A stretch of 26,644 nt of DNA from an uncultured Alphaproteobacteria bacterium. Its GTDB lineage: Bacteria; Pseudomonadota; Alphaproteobacteria; 16-39-46; JAJRRM01. A model generated the notes under the pieces. That model saw only the letters and a list, made by a program, of their open reading frames with translations, did no database searches and was not told the DNA's origin. Shown piece by piece: positions 1 to 7,800 of the stretch. Every line of letters begins with the position of its first letter. Position 1 is the first letter of the stretch. The stretch lies in contig CAZQLR010000004.1 in the NCBI GenBank assembly GCA_964594205.1, positions 1-26,644 on the forward strand, in the 5' to 3' direction. Both the position numbers and the translations under genes were made by a program.

Positions 1-1044
1 AAGAAGATGTCTAAGTTGCCTAACCCAGATCTAAGAAAGCTCTATCAAATCTTAAGTCTAGGTTCCTTAGAAGACTATGCGGCCTTTTTTCAGGGGACAG
101 AGGCGGCTGCCTTTACAAGTATTGATAATGACAAGACCACAGGGTCTATTAGAACGACCTTGTCGACACATATTGATTTTCTACGTCATTTGCATCCACG
201 AGACGCTCAAACGTTTATCTTTAGGAACTGGGTTCAAGACGATCAAGACAAACGTTGGGTCTTCATAACATGCAAGGCAGAGCAACGACCCACACTTTGC
301 CCATTGTTCACGGCGTGGTTGAATCTTGTCATTGTACGCATTCTGTCCTTAGAGCCCAATGAACAGCGTCGCATATGGTTAGCTATTGATGAGCTGCCGG
401 CTCTTCAGAAAGTGCCCTCCCTTGAGCCGGGTCTGGCTGAGGGGCGTAAATATGGTCTTTGTTTCTTGGGTGGCTTTCAGAACATGGCACAGCTGCAAAG
501 TATCTATGGTGTCCACGGCACAGAAAGCATTCTGGATCTCTTAAATACAAAGATATTCTTCAGAAACAATGATACGAAAACCCAACAATGGGTATCCAGA
601 GCTCTTGGCAGGGCTGAAGAAACGAAAGTCTCAGAAAATATCTCTTACGGCGCCCATGCAGTGCGTGATGGGGTATCTTTGAATGAATCCACCAGCACAA
701 AACCACTTGTGCTTCCAGAAGAGGTACAAGGGTTGCACGAACTGGAAGCCTATATTCAGCTACCAGGAAACTGGCCTGTGACAAAGTACAAACTGTCCTA
801 CAAAGAAGCCCCAGAAAACCCGGCTCCTCGCTTTGTGAAAGATCTACACAAACCTGACAATGATGACTTCCTAATTATGCCTATCAAGAAATGTATCAAA
901 AAGGGCAAGAAAGCTGCTCCTAAAAAAGGAGACCTCACCTCAAAAACAAAAGTCATTGAGAAAAAGACTAAAAACGCAGAATCTGTTAAAAGAGTCGTGT
1001 CAAAGAAAAGGAAATCTCTTGAAAAAGGCCCAGGTCTTGGTTAA
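1..1044 (+). CDS. traD: Type IV coupling protein, TraD(F)/TrwB family, C-terminal part (5' end outside window)
   Basis: Walker-B region WLAIDELPALQKVPSL..GLAEGRKYG, then GFQNMAQLQSIYG and TKIFFR..D..T..WVS..LG..E, typical of TraD/TrwB C-terminal domains. The frame is open to the window edge (aag aag atg), so ATG at 7 is probably internal. Confidence 0.88.
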   Translation, partial: KKMSKLPNPDLRKLYQILSLGSLEDYAAFFQGTEAAAFTSIDNDKTTGSIRTTLSTHIDFLRHLHPRDAQTFIFRNWVQDDQDKRWVFITCKAEQRPTLCPLFTAWLNLVIVRILSLEPNEQRRIWLAIDELPALQKVPSLEPGLAEGRKYGLCFLGGFQNMAQLQSIYGVHGTESILDLLNTKIFFRNNDTKTQQWVSRALGRAEETKVSENISYGAHAVRDGVSLNESTSTKPLVLPEEVQGLHELEAYIQLPGNWPVTKYKLSYKEAPENPAPRFVKDLHKPDNDDFLIMPIKKCIKKGKKAAPKKGDLTSKTKVIEKKTKNAESVKRVVSKKRKSLEKGPGLG

Positions 1045-1160
1045 TAAACCTTACAATCATTGTACATTATTTTAATATTAAGGTGACTATATAGGACACT
1101 TTAGCAACATGAAAAAGTATCACGAATATATTTTCGAACTAAGAGCAAAAGGATATAAAA

Positions 1161-2762
1161 ATGAAAAAAGTACTTAGATCGTCTGTTTTAACGCTTATAG
1201 CGCTTTGTTTATTTAGTAATTCACATGGGACCTTATCTAAGTTCGGAAGAAGCATTCCATATGACATTGAAGTAATATCTGGAGAGAGCGTCGCTCATAG
1301 CGTTAAAGTAAGCATTGAAAATCAATCGTTTGAGGCTGAATCTAAAGATACAGACTATTGTGTTATAAGCGACATAAGTTCTATTGAAGGAGAAAATGTT
1401 CTTGAATACTCAGCTTCCTCTCGGCGATTTAATATGCCTGGATTTTCTTTTTTATTAGATGAATCTGGACATGTTAAAATCCTTAGGGCAACGGATACTA
1501 TTTTGACCCTTAAAACCACCGGAAGAGTTAATCTTGAAGCTGAATCAGACAGGCTCCATTTTAGGAGCTTAACAATTCTATCTGACGTAGTAGAAGAAGT
1601 TGGAGATGTTCTGGTACAAGAGTCCTCAATTCGTGCTGGAAAATTCAGTACAATGGGAAAATTCTCCCATTATAGTATTCGTAGAATTCCTCTTGGAGAT
1701 TGTGACATTCAAGTCAAAAGGTTCGAAATTAAAGGAGAACTAGAGACATATGGAAATTGTACTTTTCAAGCAACAGAAGCATTGGTAAATGATGGGTCTA
1801 TAGCTATATTACAAAACATGGCTAAGACAAACAAAGGTTCAGTTAGGTTTGATTCACCATCATTTCAAAACAATGGTGAACTAAATGGAGATGGCACTGT
1901 TGATTTTACCGGATCTACAATCAATAGAGGAAGAATGGACTTTTCAGATCATGTCTCTGTTAGAGGATCTTTTGAAAACGAAGGCAGATTTGTTCAAACA
2001 AAATCAAACCTTGATGTTGATGCAGATTTCAAAACAAGAGATGGGAGCACAACGGAATTCCAAGAAGCAGAATTTGTACTATGTCTTCGTGCATTGTCAT
2101 TCGCCGTTCCGCCAACTGTAGGAAAATCTGTAACATTTAAAGATGGAACTGGAACAGTTGAAGAACTAGAAAGGGCTCATAAGCAATTATTTAGTCAAAT
2201 GGTTTTAAATGTATTTACGAGGGTTCCGAAAATACATTGTTTACTAAATGGTGATGTTTGCATTGCCTATAATACCAATCTCCCCAGGAGTTCCCTCTTT
2301 GTAAAACTCAGCCCATACCTCACCATGGATGGTGACCTCCTCTTATACAGAGGAAAACATATAGCTAATAAACTCCATTTTGAGACATCAGGTATACTTA
2401 CAATTGTAGGTTCAGAGTTTCATGCAAATGATGCTAGTTTTACTTCTCATAGCGAAGATAAGCCTATTTATGTAAAACCTTATGCATATGAAGAAAAGGA
2501 AGTGGGGAACAACTATGAAACGATAAGACTGAAACATCTTCGTTCCAATTTTGATATTGTTAATACTCTCAGATTTGAAGGATATTCCGTAATTGATTAT
2601 GCTTCGCGCACAAAAAGTAAAGAACACATAGTAAAGGTTAATGTTGCCCCTCAATACCTAGTAGTTTATGACAAAGAAAAAACCAGACATTTTGAGTGGG
2701 TTTCTGACGACGCCTCAGATTCAGAAGAGGAGGAAGAGTTAGCCTTTTCAGATGATGACTAG
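1161..2762 (+). CDS. Hypothetical secreted protein, 533 aa, with beta-rich N-x-G repeats and an acidic tail
   Basis: Long ORF. Signal-like N-terminus MKKVLRSSVLTLIALCLFSNSHG; recurring segments VNDG, QNNG, INRG, ENEG; C-terminus SDDASDSEEEEELAFSDDD. No family recognised. Confidence 0.75.
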   Translation: MKKVLRSSVLTLIALCLFSNSHGTLSKFGRSIPYDIEVISGESVAHSVKVSIENQSFEAESKDTDYCVISDISSIEGENVLEYSASSRRFNMPGFSFLLDESGHVKILRATDTILTLKTTGRVNLEAESDRLHFRSLTILSDVVEEVGDVLVQESSIRAGKFSTMGKFSHYSIRRIPLGDCDIQVKRFEIKGELETYGNCTFQATEALVNDGSIAILQNMAKTNKGSVRFDSPSFQNNGELNGDGTVDFTGSTINRGRMDFSDHVSVRGSFENEGRFVQTKSNLDVDADFKTRDGSTTEFQEAEFVLCLRALSFAVPPTVGKSVTFKDGTGTVEELERAHKQLFSQMVLNVFTRVPKIHCLLNGDVCIAYNTNLPRSSLFVKLSPYLTMDGDLLLYRGKHIANKLHFETSGILTIVGSEFHANDASFTSHSEDKPIYVKPYAYEEKEVGNNYETIRLKHLRSNFDIVNTLRFEGYSVIDYASRTKSKEHIVKVNVAPQYLVVYDKEKTRHFEWVSDDASDSEEEEELAFSDDD

Positions 2763-2797
2763 ATTTTTAGAGAAGTTTCCACTCTGTAGTTCTTTTG

Positions 2798-2830
2798 ATG
2801 CAGCCTTCTGTTTAGAGGGCTGCATTTTTA
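2798..2830. terminator. Probable bidirectional intrinsic terminator
   Basis: ATGCAGCCTTCT-gttt-AGAGGGCTGCAT (12-bp stem, one G-U) followed by a T-run, between convergent genes. Confidence 0.7.
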
Positions 2831-2876
2831 TTAGAGCCCATAAACCTTTTTGAGAGCTCTTCACATCTTGCTATAT

Positions 2877-2909
2877 AGCTTAGATCCTGTATTGAACCGG
2901 ATCTAAGCT
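2877..2909. repeat. Perfect 11-bp inverted repeat with 11-nt spacer
   Basis: AGCTTAGATCC (2877-2887) / GGATCTAAGCT (2899-2909). Confidence 0.85.
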
Positions 2910-2938
2910 CATGCATTGCCACTAGGGTCTCTGTAAGA

Positions 2939-3832
2939 TCATTTTGACAATAGTTTGAAAAAGAATACCCTTAAGTCTTTCAAAACTAGATCTACGTCAG
3001 GTAATTCTTTTACAAGAGGCTGTAGCCACTGCTGCCAGTCCTTTCTCACAAGAGTAAGTATTTTCTCGTCAAAGAAATCCTCACTGCTTTTGTAGCTAAC
3101 TGCCTTTAATTCACATTTTTCAGCTAGGGATTCTATTACCTTCTCTTTTTTTAGTTCATAGTCTGTCAACTGGAATATATTCCAAAGGTCATAGAAGTCT
3201 CTTGCCCTGGACCGCGTCCACCCTCTCTCATGAAGCTTGATGATATTTTGAAGGATGGCTCTCATCTTTTCTGCCGCCACTTCTTCAAGCGAATAAGACA
3301 AAAGCAAAGCCGAAGGTATGTTGTCGTAGTCGCTCAGTATTTCTGACTTTTTGGGATGGTCAACAAGCGCTTCATTCCGAGTAATTTCTATCATGACTCT
3401 TACAAATGGAGATCTGTGCCATGGAAGCTGTGCTTTGACTACAAAGGCCTCCTGATTTTCTGGATGTTCTTTTGATTCAGTATATCTCTTGAGTTCTAGG
3501 ACGGGATTTGGAATGGTTTTGCTCATCTCAGCCCTTGCTGAATCCAAAGCAAGCTGTAATAGAGTTCCTAGCTCTGATCCAGATGGCGCGTTGCTTAGGC
3601 ATGAAAAGTCCAGATCTTCAGAGAACCTATAGTCTCGAAAGTATACTTTTTTTAAACATGTCCCTCCCTTAAAAACTAACGAATTTGCAAGTTCAGGAAT
3701 TTGTGCAAGCCCCCAAAGAACCCAAGAGAGAACATAATCCTGTTCAATAGTATTCCAAGGCGCCTTGAGTTCTTCTCTTTTTCTTTCAAGAAGAGTCCTA
3801 AGTGGGGTTAAATGTTTTCTATGATTTGCCAC
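2939..3832 (-). CDS. abiEii: AbiEii/DUF1814-family nucleotidyltransferase toxin (type IV TA / abortive infection)
   Basis: EQDYVLSWVL, LVFKGGTCLKKVY, YRFSEDLDF, EKMRAIL, RARDFYDL motifs; start overlaps the upstream AbiEi gene by 25 nt. Confidence 0.9.
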   Translation of the reverse strand: MANHRKHLTPLRTLLERKREELKAPWNTIEQDYVLSWVLWGLAQIPELANSLVFKGGTCLKKVYFRDYRFSEDLDFSCLSNAPSGSELGTLLQLALDSARAEMSKTIPNPVLELKRYTESKEHPENQEAFVVKAQLPWHRSPFVRVMIEITRNEALVDHPKKSEILSDYDNIPSALLLSYSLEEVAAEKMRAILQNIIKLHERGWTRSRARDFYDLWNIFQLTDYELKKEKVIESLAEKCELKAVSYKSSEDFFDEKILTLVRKDWQQWLQPLVKELPDVDLVLKDLRVFFFKLLSK

Positions 3833-4584
3833 TTTTTATTATGCCTTCCTCTTTGTTCACCAGATGGGTCAAGCTTGATGTATCCCTTATAAGAGACTTC
3901 CTCTAATTTTATAAGGTTCTTCTCTGGGACACCTATCTCACTTAAAACCCATCCAAGCTTCTTAGAATTTGAAGCATCCATTCTAAGACTATACGCAATA
4001 AGCTTGTTTATATCTATGTTTCCTATGGCGCTCTTATAAGCACTAAAAACTTCCATAAAACCACCACAGTCTTTTGGTCTAGACAACCCATCAAGCAAGG
4101 TCTTTTCCTTGTCTGTAATTGTAATTTGGGCATCACCTATCCAAACAGTCTCTTGCCCAAAAAATGAAGTATCCTTAAACCAAATAAGTCTATATTCAAT
4201 ATTGTTGATATACCTGTTTTCTTTAGAAAGAAAGCCAGCTTCTGTTTTGGTACCAACATAGACAACATTTGGTATTTGATCTGTTAATTCATGAAAGTGA
4301 AAAGCTGAATAACAGCATATGGTTGCATGAGAAAATAGAGCCATAGCAATTTCATATTCGTGGAGAGGATGCCCATTTAAAAACAAAGGCGCTAATGAGT
4401 ACAAGCCCTTCCTAATGGGAGTAATGAGCCCCTTCTTTATCATATGACTTAAAAAGTTATTAACATTTCGTATTTCTATTGTGTTTTCTTCTAAAAGTTG
4501 ACGCACGTCATTTGTAGAGAAAATTCGGTATCCATTTTCTGCAATCAATCTAGTTAATGTTGTATGGTCAATATTTCTACTCAT
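3808..4584 (-). CDS. abiEi: AbiEi-family antitoxin / transcriptional regulator
   Basis: N-terminal wHTH (LSHMIKKGLITPIRKGLY), YSAFHFHELTDQIP, ITDKEKTLLD..SRP..CGG; directly upstream of AbiEii. The ORF-track start is 4611; ATG at 4584 (MSRNIDH) is my preferred start. Confidence 0.85.
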   Translation of the reverse strand: MSRNIDHTTLTRLIAENGYRIFSTNDVRQLLEENTIEIRNVNNFLSHMIKKGLITPIRKGLYSLAPLFLNGHPLHEYEIAMALFSHATICCYSAFHFHELTDQIPNVVYVGTKTEAGFLSKENRYINNIEYRLIWFKDTSFFGQETVWIGDAQITITDKEKTLLDGLSRPKDCGGFMEVFSAYKSAIGNIDINKLIAYSLRMDASNSKKLGWVLSEIGVPEKNLIKLEEVSYKGYIKLDPSGEQRGRHNKKWQIIENI

Positions 4585-4691
4585 AATATTATTATTGGAT
4601 ATAATACACAATATGTCAACTAACTCCTAGAAATATATTATAACACCTTTGTTGGCAGATGAAGCTATGGATTTTCTGCTCTTTATATAAC

Positions 4692-4720
4692 TTTGTAAAA
4701 ATAAACCGAAAGTTTACAAA
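4692..4720. promoter_or_regulatory. Inverted repeat upstream of abiEi, candidate autoregulatory operator
   Basis: TTTGTAAA-N13-TTTACAAA. Characterised AbiEi proteins repress their promoter through inverted repeats; assigning this site to AbiEi is inference. Confidence 0.4.
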
Positions 4721-4852
4721 AAGAGAAATATTTAAAGATTCCTCTTTAACAACAGAGTTACGTATATACTTTTAGTTTCTAAGGCTCAGTCCTTTCATAT
4801 CAGGATATTCTGATCTCAAGTCTCTTTTCTAGAGAAAGTGTGAGATTAACAT

Positions 4853-7800
4853 CTAAATCTCCCTGGACCTTTCAACTACAAGCTCTTTCGTAACTACTGG
4901 AGCATGTTTCCTATATATCTCTTGCTGTGTTTGTTTCACTTCACGAAGTTCTCTCTTAAACGTGTCATCAACAAGTATGTTGGATTCATCCGATTGTATT
5001 CTCATCATTTCTCTTGATACGAGTGCCCGGCGATAATGTTTCTGCGGCTTTGTCAGATTCCTGTTTTCTGAGTAACCCTCACTTTCTACTACTTTCTGAG
5101 CCATATTACATAAATGTGCTTCTCTCTCATCACTTAGGTAAGCGCCCTGACGTTCAGAGGTCACAAGGTACATATAGGCAGCTAACTTACTAGTTGTAGC
5201 GTTCAATCCATACATGTCTTGCAAACGCTCTCGCATAGGCTCGTACTGCTTATTATTACTCTCCATACTTTTGAGGGCTTGGGTATGGTAGTCAGTTTGA
5301 GGCGGGTTATCATTATAGAGATCTGCTTCGAAATGCCGGCCTTCTACTTCTGCTTGTCTTTTGGAAGCTAAGAGGACCTCTGACACATAATCTTTTGCCT
5401 TGCACTCCCCAGCTTTGACATCCTTAATGAACTGCTTTTCTTTGGCTTGCTTGATTTCTTCGTGTCTGGTGTGCTCGAAGGCAGCGCGTTTGAGAGCGAT
5501 CTTCATATCACCATAGGTTGGATCTTGGCCCGTTGCATCGTGACGCTCTAAGAGACACTCTGTAGCCCTATCTGCAATGGCCTTGAGGGTTTTGGGATCT
5601 ATATCTGTGTCCGGGTTTCGATCCACAATGAAGCCTTCCAGCGTCCTAGACAGTGTTTTAAAGGGCTGCTCCTTAATGGAGAGGCTTTCTGTCTTGTATT
5701 TCTCACTGTCTTTAAGCTTCTGTATGTCTATAGGCTGATAGATATGCTGCTCTTTTAAGTCTTCTGGCAGTTGGTTGAGAATCACCTGCCCTGCTCTCGC
5801 CTGCCCTTTCTCTTGCAGCAGGTCATTGAAGTCCTTCTTCTCTTTGCCGTGTTTGGTAGGCCATATGATGTGAACATCATGGCCTTTTTCTCTTAAGAGA
5901 TTAGCATCTTCCTTAATCAGGTCATGGGTCTTCGCCCCTTTGCCATCATAGTCCGCACACAGCACAATTGTTGTCTCTTTTGGTACATCGATGTTGCGGA
6001 AGTTGTATCTACCAAGGCCCGCTTGGATGGCAACCGCCCCATTGCCCTGTGGTAAGGACTTCTCTACAGAAAGTCCTGTCTCAACACCCTCCGTTAAGAA
6101 CAGAACCTTCGGTTCTTTAGTATGAGTCGACCCTCTTAAGGTGACAAAACTCCCTTTACACGTGCCTCTGGACTTTTTAGCAACCTCCACCTCTTTGGCC
6201 TTGGCACCCGTCTTCTGATCTAAATAGATCTCCTGGAACCCCGTGATCTTTCCTTCTTGATCTCGCGCAAAACTCACCATAGCTGGGCAGGTTTTCCCCG
6301 TCTTGTAGTCTGTCCGTGCAGGCACATACCGAATGTCTTGTGGTATATCCCCTTCTAAACCGCGATGATTAACAAGATATGTCTCAACAAGAGTCCCCTT
6401 AGCTGGCTTTGAAGCCTTGTAAAGCTTGGTGGCCATCTCCGTATCTTTGGCCTTCTTTGCGGCAGTGGCAGCGGCCTCAGCCGCCTCTCTTTCTTGCCGT
6501 TCTTTCTCAATCTCTTGCGCGCGATACCCCACTTCAGCTTTTACACCGCGATTTTCTGCAATCTCCGTAATTACATCACCATAAGATCTATTGGTCGACT
6601 TAGAGGCGAGCATAAAGATGTCACCCCCCTCACCTGACTCAAAGTCCTTCCATAACCCGAACTTATTGCCTGATATGGTTAAAACGACACTCCCATGTCG
6701 ACCATATCGTACTTCTGTCTTTGTACGTCTCTTGTACTTCGTGTCAAAGTACTTATCAGCCGTATCCTCTAGATCGGAAGCCGTCATCGTCTTTAATACC
6801 TGATCTCTGTCATAGTAAGGCCGCCTTTCCTGCTTAACAAGCTCTTGTAGCCCCTTCTCTTTCTGATTCGTTCTCACCTTATCCATCTTCTGTTCTCCTT
6901 TCTTAGATGGTTGGCGACCCTCCTTTATAACAAATGGACTTTCTCCCAATCGTCCATAGATTTCTCGTATCTCTGACCTTGTCGCAATACGTGGCGCAAA
7001 GGTAGTAGATTTCTCTGGAATTATCTCTGTCACCTCGTCTCCCCGAATCCCTTGATGCCAGAGTATCTTCCCTATATCACGCACAGCATCAAACTCATCC
7101 TTCAAACGCTGCTTAGCCCTGTCTTTAAAGCTGATAGGCTCCCTGTCTTTGCAGATTTGATTTTCTATATCTGTACGCTTGTCTATCGTGCTGTATTTAT
7201 GACTAGACGTAGAAAGGTATTTTAAGTAAGACGCCTCATCCACAAACTCTGTTGATGGTGCATAGACCTTCACATCATCCCTATGACGAGTCATAGCGAC
7301 ATACACCTCGTCTTTGCTCATGGTTGACGAGGCTAATACAAAGCTTCGGTCAACCGTCTTACTTTGGGCCCCAAACACCGTGGAGACCCATCCATAGTCT
7401 AGTGCCTTGTACAGATTGGTTGAAAACGACACTGTCTTTTTGTCTTTCCCCTGCCCTATAAGCACTTCCATCTTGTCCTTCTCAAGGGCTGTGATCGTCC
7501 CAACATCGCCTTTATTAATCTCTCGTCCCTTGTCCTGCTGGCAGAATCTTACCTGGTCCCCTATTTGGACAGCAATCTTCTTTGTATCATGGCGGAGACG
7601 CCCTTGGTCATCTTGGTAGGGGAGATTCACCATTAGTTCAGTATCTGTACCATTCAAGATGCCCTGCGACTTTAAGGCAGCGCGCATCTTTTCCGTGAGC
7701 TCTCGGACATCCTTATTAGTCTTGGCCATAACCAAGAAACGCTGACCTAGATCCTTGCTTATATTTTCTTTGTAAAACTGCACCCAGTCTTTTACTAAAA

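Noticed and set aside
1083-1099. GTGACTATATAGGACAC resembling the HipB-like or MerR dyads
   Set aside because: Poor symmetry and no matching -35/-10 geometry.
1161-1229. Lipoprotein signal in the 533-aa protein
   Set aside because: IALC has Leu at -1 and does not fit the lipobox.
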